Origin: Thecamonas trahens ATCC 50062
Taxonomy: Eukaryota; Protista; Apusomonadida
Length of the DNA: 64,000 nt
Direction: 5' to 3'
Assembly (NCBI RefSeq): GCF_000142905.1
Contig: NW_013657666.1
Coordinates: 134,631 to 198,630, forward strand
Shown here: positions 53,924 to 64,000 of the stretch, in pieces
How the letters are laid out: the number at the start of each line of letters is the position of its first letter
Position numbering within the stretch: position 1 is the first letter of the stretch
Program-made: the position numbers and the translations under genes
Notes under the pieces: model-generated
Told to the model about the DNA's origin: nothing
What the model saw: only the letters and a program-made list of their open reading frames with translations
Database searches by the model: none

Positions 53924-55282
53924 CTACACCTGGCTGCACTGAGCCTGAATCGAGGCAGCAATGGCCAATGCCTCGAGCCGGATCTGGAAGAGGCGGCCGA
54001 GAAAGTCGTCAAAGCCGCAAAAGTACAGCCGCTCGTGGCCGGGGACGGGCTTGCCAGACACGGCGATGCCGCCGTGCTCGTCGTACACATCGTCAAGTAC
54101 GTGCTGCGGGAGGAGTGTGTCAAGTGCGCGGTTGTAACCAGTGGCAAGGATAATGACGTCGAGCTGAAGCTCGGTCCCGCCATCGACGATGGCGCCTGTG
54201 GGCGTGATTGCGTCGATCGCGCGGTGGACCGCGATGTCGCCCGAGGCGACGAGTGCAAACTGGCCGATGTCCACTACCGGCGCCTTGTGTCGCCGGCGCA
54301 GGTTCTCAAACAGCCCGACGTCCGGATGCGGAGCGGTGACGCCGCGCGAGGCGAGCGAGGTGAAGAGGAACGGCCTGGCCGGCGGCGCAAGAGCGTCAAG
54401 AGCCTGCGGCGCGTTGAAGAACAGCGCACGGACAAGGCCCAACAGCGGCTCGAGATACATGGTTCGGTTGCGCGAGAGGACGTTGAGCGGCGATCGGATG
54501 ACGGTAGCAACCAGAGCCGCACCGCGCTCGTACAGATCAAGGCAAATTTCGGAGCCCGAGTTACCAAAGCCGACAACGAGCGCCCGCGCGCCACGGAAGG
54601 CCTCGCCCGACACGTACTCGGACGAGTGGATGAGGGTGCCACCAAACGAGCTGGCGCCCGGAAAGTGCGGGATCCGCGGCGAGGCGTTGTCACCGGTCGC
54701 CACAACCACATGCCGAGCGATGAGCTCGTCAACCGGGCCGTCGCCTCCGTCGCCGCGGACGCGGACAGCGTAGCCCGGGCGGCCATCGGGGCGATCGGCA
54801 ATGGCCACCACGGCTGTCCCCGTTCGCACGTTGAGGTTGAGCAGGAGCGGATAGGCAGCCAGATAGCGGGCAAAGTCCTCGCGCGGCACAAACTGTGGCC
54901 AGTGGTCCGGAAAGGGGACATACGGCAGGTGCGAGACGCCCTTGAGCGAGTGCAGGCAGAGCCGATGGTAGTGTCGCTGCCAGCTGGTCCCGGCCGCCTC
55001 CTCCTTCTCCACCACCACATACGAGAGCCCGGCCTGGGCCAGGGCGGCACCGACCGCGAGCCCGGCCGGCCCGCCGCCCACCACCACCGCGTCGTACACC
55101 CCGTCGCTGTCCGGCGGCACCGCCTGAGAGCTCCAACCGGCGTGGCGGACAGGCGCACCAGGGAGCGCACGTACCGCCGCCGCAGGCTGGCCCACGGGCG
55201 GCATCGATGACAGCCACACCACTGCACGCACCGCAACAAGCACTAGCACCCCGCATGCCAGTGCCCACAGTGGGATCTCCAT
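53924..55282 (-). CDS. Flavin-containing monooxygenase, YUCCA-like, with N-terminal membrane anchor
   Basis: FAD GGGPAG, W..HY..L.LH, ATGDN, FxGxxxHSSEY, NADPH GFGNSG.EI..DL, PVVDIG, ATGY. Confidence 0.9.
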   Translation of the reverse strand: MEIPLWALACGVLVLVAVRAVVWLSSMPPVGQPAAAVRALPGAPVRHAGWSSQAVPPDSDGVYDAVVVGGGPAGLAVGAALAQAGLSYVVVEKEEAAGTSWQRHYHRLCLHSLKGVSHLPYVPFPDHWPQFVPREDFARYLAAYPLLLNLNVRTGTAVVAIADRPDGRPGYAVRVRGDGGDGPVDELIARHVVVATGDNASPRIPHFPGASSFGGTLIHSSEYVSGEAFRGARALVVGFGNSGSEICLDLYERGAALVATVIRSPLNVLSRNRTMYLEPLLGLVRALFFNAPQALDALAPPARPFLFTSLASRGVTAPHPDVGLFENLRRRHKAPVVDIGQFALVASGDIAVHRAIDAITPTGAIVDGGTELQLDVIILATGYNRALDTLLPQHVLDDVYDEHGGIAVSGKPVPGHERLYFCGFDDFLGRLFQIRLEALAIAASIQAQCSQV

Positions 55283-55488
55283 GGCGAACGACAGGTGGTG
55301 CTGGACGGGAGGGCGGGCGCTGGCGGCAGCTGGCGGCAACTCGGCGGCAAGGACGTGTCCACGATGCGGGCGAGCTGGATTGTTAATCATCGCATCATCA
55401 TCCTCTCCTTCTTCTTCTCCTCCTTCGCCTTCGCCTCCGCCTCGGCCTCCGCCTTCCTGTCTTTCTCATTCATCCGGTGGAAGAGCAG

Positions 55489-57237
55489 CTAGGCGTGCGG
55501 CTTGATGACCATCTCGTCGCGACCGGGGCCAGTACCGATCCAGGTCATGGGCACCTCGAGCAGATCCTCCATGCGCTGGATGTAAGCCTGGGCGTTGGGA
55601 GGGAGCTCAGCCCACTCGGTGATGCCCTGGGTCGATGACTGCCAGCCGGGCACCTCCTCGTACACGACCTCGACGCGTGCGAGCTCGGCGATGGTCGACG
55701 GCATGTGGCCCGGGGCCAGGGTCTCGCCGGTGGTCGAGTCGCGGTAGGCAACACCGATCTTGATGGTCTCCAGGTCGTCGAGAACGTCGAGCTTGGTCAC
55801 GTTGACCGCCGAGTAGCCGTTGACCATGTTCGAGTACTGCAGCAGCGGGATGTCGAGCCAGCCGCACCGGCGCTTCCGGCCGGTAGTCACTCCAATCTCA
55901 CCGCCGACAGACTGAAGATGGGCGCCGATATCGGCGCCAGGTGCGCCTTCAGCGCGCTCGCCGCCGGCGTTGACGTCGGTGAGCTCGGTCGGGAACGGGC
56001 CCCACCCGACGCGAGTCGTGTACGCCTTGACGACGCCGACGGTGCACTCGATCTTACCCGGGGCGAGACCGAGGCCAGTGCACACGCCGCCCACCGTGGT
56101 CGGCGACGAGGTGACAAACGGGTATGTGCCGTAGTCGAGGTCGAGAAGCGCAGCGTTGGCGCCCTCCAGGATGATGCGCTTGCCATCGTTGTACGCCTGG
56201 TTGACGTACGCCACCGAGTCGACAATCATGTCGCCGTTGGTGAGGATGTCCGCAAACGCGCGGTAGCGCTCAAGCTCGTCGTCGATGCCGTAGTCAAACC
56301 CGTACATCTTCTGGTGCGAGTCGACCGCCGACCGGAACTTGGCGGCAAAGTCGTCAAAGTCGACCAGGTCGCCGACCCGGATGCCGAGACGCAGCGCCTT
56401 GGATGCGTACGCTGGACCGATGCCCTTCTTGGTCGTGCCGAGCGACTTGCCGGCTCCCCGCCGCTCCTCCAGCACCCCATCGATGATCTGGTGGTAGTCG
56501 AAGAGCAGGTGCGCCCGGTTCGAGAGCTTGAGGCGGCCCTCCCAGCTAACCGACGTCCCATCAAGCTGCGCCAGCTCGTCAAACATTGACGGCAGGTGAA
56601 TGACTGTTCCGTTGCCCAGGATGTTGAGCGTGTGCGGGTAGACCAGTCCGCACGGCAGCAGATGGAACGCGTACTTGACCCCATCGGCAATGACCGTGTG
56701 TCCGGCGTTGGCCCCACCATTGAACCGGCCCACCACATCGTAGTCCTCCGCCAGCACATCCGCCAGCTTGCCTACTCAATAGTACCCGCGCCACCAACAC
56801 CACCAACACCACCAACACCAGCACACCCACATACCAACACATGGATGAGTCTCCAGCCATCAGCCTCCAGTCACCGTCCACCCCTCCGCTACCCCTCCTC
56901 TGTCCGCTGCCCGCCGGCACACTCGCCATCACCCGCCGCAGCAACAGCAGCACGGGCACAGGTCCCAGCACGGGCACGGACACAAGCACCAGCACGGGCA
57001 CGGACACAAGCACCAGCACGGGCACCAGCATGCCCCCCCCTCCCCCCTCCCCCCCCCCCCCTCCCCCCTCCCCCCCCCCCCATGCTGAACGATCAGCATC
57101 AGCGTACCCTTGCCCTCGTCGCCCCACTGGGCACCCAGCACAGCCGTGACCCGCGACGAGGCAAACGGCGTAGCAGCCGTCGAGGCCAGTCGGCAGAGCC
57201 GCAGCGGAGAGACAGCAGACGCAACAGCCGAGAGCAT
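55489..57237 (-). CDS. purA: Adenylosuccinate synthetase; intron 56772..57107
   Basis: GAQWGDEGKG|KLADVL, GGANAGHT, GTTKKGIGPAY, EGANAALLDLDYGTYPFVTSS, VTTGRKRRCGWLD, TKLDVLD. Confidence 0.97.
56947..57030. repeat. Intronic 24-nt tandem repeat (cagcacgggcacggacacaagcac)
   Basis: Two full copies plus partial flanking copies in the purA intron. Confidence 0.8.
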
Positions 57238-58048
57238 AGCCTGTAGAGTCGAGGAAGAAATAGAAAGGTGCTGCCTTACCTGGCCACTCTCCGACACCTC
57301 CTTCCTTCCGCACGTTTGTTTTATGGCGAAAAAGCAAAGCCGCTGCCTCGCAGAGCACTGCTTCCGATCGCTCCCTGCTTCCTCCACGCTTTATTCTTGC
57401 CCATCGCATCATACTAGCGCCTCACTGGTACCCTTGCCTTACCTACCGAGCACAAATCGCTGTCACATCGCCATCGCTGTCCTTTCTAGCCTGCTTTCCT
57501 TCGCCCTCTATCAGCCGTCGTCCATCCGCCACTCGAGCGAACACACCATCCATGCCCGCGGCTTCCACTCCAGATCGCAGTCATGGCAGACGAGCTTGGC
57601 TCCATCGGTTGCACATCCCTAGCCGGGCCGAACTGTCGGTCATGCAAACGCACAGCGCATCCACTGCGGCAAGACGCCGGAGCGAGGGGGAGGCCCGGCA
57701 TGCTTGCCCAGCTCAGCCGAGCTCAACGCAGGATCAGACCTCAACTCGCCCCTGACTCGCCGCTCCCGCTCCTCGCTACACGCGTCGAACAACACCAGAC
57801 ACTCACCACTTCCCATCCATGGTGCACGTAGCAAGATCTGTCTCTACCGTCGCTGTCAGTTCTTATGAAACCCCCTAGTGCGGCCGATTGCTTCGCAGGT
57901 GTGTCTAGGATTGGGCCTGCCGCTTGATCACTGAAAGTGGCCAGGCTGAAAGACACGTCCCATGGGACACCGTAATCGCCACAGCGCGAGTCCCGCGATG
58001 AAAGTAGGCAGTGTTAAGCAATGGATTCAATGCGTTGCACGACTACGG

Positions 58049-59592
58049 CTACAGCTCATCGTAAGACGAACCGTACTCGTACTCATAGATTTTCGACTCG
58101 TCGTACTCGTAGTAGTAGTCACCGTAGGCCGAGTCCGGAGCAGCTTCGCCAATGTTGCCGAAGCGGCGCTGGCCGCGGCAGAGGAAGACGAGGCCAACGT
58201 CGATGAGGATGACGATAACTGCAAGCATGAGCGTGACGGTGTAGAGGCCCGGGACGGCGGTACGGCAGAGGTCAGAGCGAAAGTCGCCAACAATCTGGTC
58301 GACAAACCGGCACTCGAGAATGGGATCGAGGTTGACGGTCTTGATGTCGTTATAGGTGGCGATTTCGGCGATTCCGTTCATGAGGCCCTCGGCGAGCGCC
58401 TTCTCCGAGTTGACAGTGCACTCTGTGGCGCACACCTCAAAGGTAATGGGGTCGGCGCCGGCGATGACGTCGTCGTCGTCACGATGATCTCCGGCGGGAA
58501 GGTGTGGAGGTTGTCCGCCGTGCACGAAGCGGCGCACATGGTGTTCGGCTGGCCACACAGCGAGTCTGCAGCATTGCATGCTGCATCTCGGGCTTCGGTC
58601 AGCGCGTCCTGGATGACGTTGTTGAGGGCGCCAAAGCCGGTGCCGTCGGCGGTTGCCTCGGGATCCGAGCCATTGACGCAGTTGAGCGCCTTTTCGAACA
58701 GCTCGCGGGACTTGGTCGTCGACGAGCCGTCGACAAAGAGGTCGACCTCGGCGCAAAAATCGTTAGTCACCAGCCAGAGCATCGAGTGGAGCGAGACTGC
58801 AATGATGACGACAAACAGCAGGAGCAGGTTCCACATGGCGATGACAATGAGAAGCTGGCAGCAGGTAAAGTTGAAGAAGCCCAGCAAGACGCCCAGGCCG
58901 AAAAATGCCGCCGGCGCGGCAAAGAGCACGTAGACAGCGAGCGAGTGGTACTGGCGGAAGGTGTCAAACGAGTTGTCGATGTTGCGGATAGTGTCGAGCG
59001 CGTCGTTACCGGCCTCGGTCGCAGGCTCCATGCGGCTTCCTTCATCCGACGTCCGCGCCTGGGCAAGTAGCCGTTGAATGGCGACTTCCACATCATCCAC
59101 CAGCTGCTGGCCGTGCTTGATGAGGTTGTCTGAGGTGTTGCCAAAGCCCTTCTGGGTTACGGCATTGCCCGAGGTGCCGGCGATAAAGACGGCGACGACC
59201 ATGGCAACGATGACTATGAGGAGGAGCTTGAGCGACCGGACCGAGATGGCCGAGAACACCGTCTTGCCGCTCTTATCGGTCTTCTCCTCAAAGCATGATC
59301 GGCAGCAGCAGCAGCACTTGCGCAGCAGCGGCTTGCAGCAGCACCGCCACGAGAGGTAGATGGGAATGGCCAGCAGATGGGCCAGCGCCACCAGGAGAAT
59401 GGCCGCTCCGCGCTCAGCAATCCAGATCCCATACGTCTCGGCATCAAACTCGTCCTCCTCCTCGTCGTATCCGAGAAACCGCCCGCTCATGCTCTTTCCC
59501 GTCACCAGCGTCTTCCGTCCGGCCGCGCCCCGGGCCACCACCACAACGATCACCGCCGCAAGAAGGGCCCGCCATGTCGATCCGTTCCGCAT
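58049..59592 (-). CDS. Multi-pass membrane protein, Tweety/prominin-like topology; 1-nt frameshift near 58470-58485; start uncertain
   Basis: Signal peptide, TM followed by RCCCKPLLRKCCCCC, long helical luminal loop, TM pair then NDFC, Cys-rich loop, last TM in ORF 58049..58756. Confidence 0.65.
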
Positions 59593-60619
59593 ACTTACGC
59601 AATGTGCCTGTTCCTCGCTTTGCCGTTTCCGCACAACCCCTCCGAGGACAAGATCCACGGCCGAGGTAAAGACAAGTGACCGCCTTTCCCCCCCCCCCCA
59701 ACCACGCGCTTTCCCCTTCCCCCCCCACCCACACACCCACGCCCCCTCTCGCCCAAGGAACAGGATCAAGCCGCTACCGTTTGCTATTGATAGGCTCAAA
59801 AGTTCTCAATTGATTCACCTCCCCACCACGCCCGCCCGCATTGCNNNNNNNNNNNNNNNNNNNNNNNNNNNNNNNNNNNNNNNNNNNNNNNNNNNNNNNN
59901 NNNNNNNNNNNNNNNNNNNNNNNNNNNNNNNNNNNNNNNNNNNNNNNNNNNNNNNNNNNNNNNNNNNNNNNNNNNNNNNNNNNNNNNNNNNNNNNNNNNN
60001 NNNNNNNNNNNNNNNNNNNNNNNNNNNNNNNNNNNNNNNNNNNNNNNNNNNNNNNNNNNNNNNNNNNNNNNNNNNNNNNNNNNNNNNNNNNNNNNNNNNN
60101 NNNNNNNNNNNNNNNNNNNNNNNNNNNNNNNNNNNNNNNNNNNNNNNNNNNNNNNNNNNNNNNNNNNNNNNNNNNNNNNNNNNNNNNNNNNNNNNNNNNN
60201 NNNNNNNNNNNNNNNNNNNNNNNNNNNNNNNNNNNNNNNNNNNNNNNNNNNNNNNNNNNNNNNNNNNNNNNNNNNNNNNNNNNNNNNNNNNNNNNNNNNN
60301 NNNNNNNNNNNNNNNNNNNNNNNNNNNNNNNNNNNNNNNNNNNNNNNNNNNNNNNNNNNNNCCGCCGCCCGCCGCCCACCCGCCGGTTGCCGGTTGCCAC
60401 CCAAACCCACCAACTCACATCATCGGCTGGTGGCGAGCGGCGGGCGGGCGGGCCACCCAACCATCACCCCACCCACTCCTCCTCCTCCTCCTCCTCACCC
60501 AGTTCGCCAAGCCACCCAGCTACCGCACCCCCCCTCCCCCTCCCCCCCCCGCCCCCCCTCTCATCCCAACCTATCCCACCTACCCCCTCCCTCTCCCTCC
60601 CTCTTCCCTCCGCACCACA

Positions 60620-62881
60620 ATGTCCACCCCCACCCAGAACAAGGCGGCGGGCTCGGCGCTCGACGTGCTGGCGCAGCTGCAGCCGACGCATCTGCGCAAG
60701 GCTGGCTCATCCGAGGTCCGTAACCGGGCAGCAGCGCAGGTGCAGATCACGGTGGAGCAGATCCTGCAAGAGGCGCTGGACCAGCAGGGCCAGGCTGAGG
60801 TCCGCAAGCCGACGGATGTGTTTGCTGACAAGGCCGAGGTGGAGATGTACATGGCCGAGAAGCGGTCCAAGTTTGAAGAGTACATCGGGTTCCGTCGCAA
60901 GCGGGCTTCAAACTACATCCGCTATGCGGCCTGGGAGGAGTCTGTGGGCGAGTTTGAGCGGGCGCGGTCGATCTTTGAGCGTGGCGTGGCGGCCAACTAT
61001 CGAGACGCCACGCTGTGGACAAAGTACGCAGACATGGAGATGCGGGCCGGCCACATCAACTCGGCCCGCAACGTGTTGGTTCGCGCCGTCACCCATCTTC
61101 CGCGCCACGACGCGTTCTGGTTCAAGTTTGCGGCCATGGAGGAGATGGTTGGCAACATTGCTGGCGCAAGGACTGTGTATGCCAAGTGGATGGAGTGGAA
61201 CCCGGGCAAGCAGGCCTGGCACACGTACATCAACTTTGAGAAGCGGTACGAGGAGTGGGATCGGGTCCGCGCCATCTACGCCGACTACGTCATCCGGCTC
61301 GAGGCTGCCCGCGATCATGCCGGCGCCGCGACGGCCTGGCTCAAGGCTGCGCGCTTTGAAGAGACGCTTGGTGAGGTGGCGCGTGCTCGCGACGTGTACG
61401 AGCGGGCGATGGCGGCACTCGAGGCGTCGGGTGCGCTCGGCGACGCCGCCGTGGCGCGCAAGCTCTTTGTGGCCTTTGCCAAGTTTGAGGAGCGCGTCAA
61501 AGAGTACGAGCGGGCGCGGGTCATCTACAAGTACGCGCTCGACACCGTGCCGGCGTCGGCTGCTGGCGGCCTTGAGGACGCCTTTCTCGCCTTTGAGAAG
61601 CGGCACGGGACCAAGGGCGGCATCGAGTCGGTCCTCATTACTCAGCAGCGCGAGGCGTACGACGCTGCGCTCGCCGAGGACCCGACCGACTACGACCTGT
61701 GGTTCGAGTATGTGCGGGTGGAGGAGGGCCACGGCGATCCGGCCGCCGTCCGCGAAGTCTACGAGCGCGCTATTGGCGCCAAGCCGGACGAGCTGCTGAA
61801 GACTCGGCCGCAGGGCCTCACTCTCGCGCAGACCAACGTGCTCGAGTCGTACGGCTATCTGTTCATTAACTACGCGCTGTACGAGGAGCTCACCGCCGGC
61901 GATGTTGCGCGGGCCGGCGTCATCTACGAGCTCGCACTCGGCCTCTTTAAGCCCGGTCTTGCCCTTGTGGAGCGGCTGTACATGCTCGCTGCTGGCGTTT
62001 ACGTTCGTGCCAAGGATCTGGGGCGGGCGCGCAAGATCCTCGGTCACGGAATCGGCGCTGCGCCCTCGCACGCGCTTTTTGACTACTACATCCAGCTCGA
62101 GTACGACCTGCTCAACTTTGACGCTGCGCGCTCGCTGTACAACAAGTACCTCGAGTTTGAGCCCGAGGCCGTCGAGGCCTGGATCAAGTACGCGTCGTTT
62201 GAGGCCTCGCTTCTCGAGCCCGAGCGCGCCCGCGGCCTCTACGAGCTCGCCATCGAGCAGCCGCTCCTCGACATGCCTGAAGTTCTCTGGAAAGCGTACA
62301 TCGACTTTGAGATTGCCGAGGACGAGCAGGCCAAGGCCATCCAACTCTTCGAGCGCCTGCTCACCCGCACCAAGCATGTCAAGGTCTTTGTCACCTATGC
62401 CAAGTACCTTGCTTCGCTCGGCGCCATCAGCGACGCCCGGGCCGTTTACACCCGGGCTGTCGACCACACCCGCGTCCACAACCTGCCCGACCAGCGCCTC
62501 ACTGCACTCAAGGCCTGGCACGCCCTCGAGCTCGAGCACGGCTCGCAGGCGGAGGCCAAAGCCGTCACCGACCAGATGCCGCAGCGGGTCAAGAAGCGTC
62601 GCATGGTCCGCGATGCCGAAGGCAACGAGCTCGGCTGGGAGGAGTACTACGACTACATCTGGGCCGACACCGTCGATCGCTCGCAGGCCAACCTCAAGTT
62701 TCTCGAGAAGGCCCGCCAGTGGGCCATGCAGAATGCCGCCCAGGCCCAGTCGCAGCATGCTAGTCCCGCTGCTGGTGGTGGTGCCGCTGTTGGTGGTGTC
62801 GCTGGTGGTGGTGCCGCCGCTGGTGGGGCCCCTGGAGTTGCCGAGCCCGCCCCGTCTGCCCCTCTCGGCCCATCAGCGTAA
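60620..62881 (+). CDS. CRNKL1: Crooked-neck HAT-repeat splicing factor (Clf1/Syf3)
   Basis: VRNRAAAQVQITVEQILQEA, ERARSIFER, LWTKYADME, LDMPEVLWKAYIDFE, GWEEYYDYIW, NLKFLEKARQW. Confidence 0.96.
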   Translation: MSTPTQNKAAGSALDVLAQLQPTHLRKAGSSEVRNRAAAQVQITVEQILQEALDQQGQAEVRKPTDVFADKAEVEMYMAEKRSKFEEYIGFRRKRASNYIRYAAWEESVGEFERARSIFERGVAANYRDATLWTKYADMEMRAGHINSARNVLVRAVTHLPRHDAFWFKFAAMEEMVGNIAGARTVYAKWMEWNPGKQAWHTYINFEKRYEEWDRVRAIYADYVIRLEAARDHAGAATAWLKAARFEETLGEVARARDVYERAMAALEASGALGDAAVARKLFVAFAKFEERVKEYERARVIYKYALDTVPASAAGGLEDAFLAFEKRHGTKGGIESVLITQQREAYDAALAEDPTDYDLWFEYVRVEEGHGDPAAVREVYERAIGAKPDELLKTRPQGLTLAQTNVLESYGYLFINYALYEELTAGDVARAGVIYELALGLFKPGLALVERLYMLAAGVYVRAKDLGRARKILGHGIGAAPSHALFDYYIQLEYDLLNFDAARSLYNKYLEFEPEAVEAWIKYASFEASLLEPERARGLYELAIEQPLLDMPEVLWKAYIDFEIAEDEQAKAIQLFERLLTRTKHVKVFVTYAKYLASLGAISDARAVYTRAVDHTRVHNLPDQRLTALKAWHALELEHGSQAEAKAVTDQMPQRVKKRRMVRDAEGNELGWEEYYDYIWADTVDRSQANLKFLEKARQWAMQNAAQAQSQHASPAAGGGAAVGGVAGGGAAAGGAPGVAEPAPSAPLGPSA

Positions 62882-63077
62882 TACCAATGATCCATCGAAA
62901 CCAGACTCTCTCCCCCCTCCCCCTCTCCTCCCCCCCCCCCCCCCCCTCCCCTGGTCACTATGATCAGCAGCAGTATTCCAGCTCACCTCCCTCCCCCTCC
63001 CTCCCCCCTCCACCCCGTCGCGCCCCACCCACCACCCACTCCCACCTATCCCCACCACCTCACGCCAGACCCCCACC

Positions 63078-63176
63078 ATGTCTGCCGACGCACCATCTGA
63101 ACTTCACACCTACACTACTGACGCCGAGGCCGCTACGGTAAGTGCAGGAGGAGGATGGTGAGGGTGAGGGTGAGGT

Positions 63177-63220
<44 letters not shown>

Positions 63221-63369
63221 AGGGTGAGGGTGCATAGGTTGGAATGATGGGCGAGTATGGAGCGGAAGGGGGGGGGGAGGGGGGGGAGGGGGGGGGAGGG
63301 GAAGGGGGGGGGGAGGACTCATGCAAGTGGATGGTGTGTGTGTGTGTGTATGTGTGTGTGTGTGCATGC

Positions 63370-63417
<48 letters not shown>

Positions 63418-64000
63418 ATGCATATGTGTGTGTGTGTGTGCATGCATATGTGTGTGTGTGGTGGGGGGGGGTATGTCGGTGGCATCGGTGACGGCAGGCC
63501 GAGGAGCACCTTGCGGCCCTGGTCGCCGGGGGCGAGCATGCTGCGGCGGAAAAGGTGGCGCGGTCGCTCTCTGTCCATTACGAGCAGAGCGAGCCAGACA
63601 AGGCTTGCCAGTTTCTGACGACGGCGATGACTGCGATCGAGGCTGCTGAGGGCACGCAGATGGTCGATCGTTATGTGGTGTGCCTGGTGGACCAGGCGTT
63701 CCTCAAAATCACCCAGCGCAAGGTGGAGGAGTCTGAGGAGATTCTCCTCCGCGCCCGGGCCATGGAGGACGAGATGGCCACCGTGCCGCACGTGTCATAC
63801 CTGCCGATGGCCCGCGTCATGCTCGCCAAGGGTGCGTTTGACGAGGCCGAGACGCTGCTGACGATGGCCAAGGACGAGCAAGAGCCGCTTGCGCTCGAGC
63901 AGCAGGTCGAGCTCGACCAGATCTACGCCACGCTCGCCATGGTCCGCCTCAACTCGAACCCTGCCGACGAAACCGTTGCCCAGCTGATGGACGAAGCCAT
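63078..64000 (+). CDS. TPR-like helical protein, 5' part only; exon 63078..63137, intron 63138..63497
   Basis: MSADAPSELH..AT|AEEHLAALV...; open to window end with a TPR-like MARVMLAKGAFDEAETLL; GTAAGT donor, GGCAG acceptor. Confidence 0.65.
63157..63230 (+). repeat. (TGAGGG)n telomere-variant hexamer array in an intron
   Basis: About 12 copies with two variants. Confidence 0.9.

Noticed and set aside
57274-57285. CTTACCTGG as a U1 snRNA 5' end
   Set aside because: No U1 stem-loops or Sm site follow; better explained as a minus-strand splice donor
57840-58030. Hammerhead ribozyme or riboswitch upstream of purA
   Set aside because: GAAA motifs are present but no CUGANGA core with matching stems, and no TPP or purine aptamer consensus
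63157-63230. True telomere
   Set aside because: Short, internal, intronic and TGAGGG rather than TTAGGG
1-64000. Transposons, integrated virus or rRNA
   Set aside because: No transposase, reverse transcriptase, integrase, capsid, terminal repeats or rRNA-like sequence recognised

Overview
This is a compact, GC-rich, intron-poor eukaryotic (protist) nuclear region with several N-gaps flanked by poly-G/poly-C and (GT)n tracts. The style resembles the apusomonad Thecamonas trahens, which is an unverified inference. About 32 protein-coding genes and two tRNA-Gly genes are supported. Housekeeping genes include a USP deubiquitinase, an STE20/Fray kinase, NAP1, TRAPPC11, XPB, RPL37A, NOP56, PFDN4, purA/ADSS and CRNKL1. 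Many true first exons are missing from the ORF track and were rebuilt through GT-AG introns. Most notable are: a spliced S4 + MJ1316 RNA-repair-type fusion; a HeH/LEM-like + fatty-acid-hydroxylase + catalytically degenerate sphingomyelin-synthase-like fusion; a gelsolin/villin ending in a UBR-box zinc finger; a complete TRIM-NHL protein in an apparent protist; a tRNA-Gly(CCC) with acceptor-stem mismatches like those repaired by 5' tRNA editing; an 11-mer shared by three divergent promoters; candidate structured ncRNAs; and seven single-base frameshifts, probably sequencing errors but testable. No CRISPR array, rRNA or transposon is supported.
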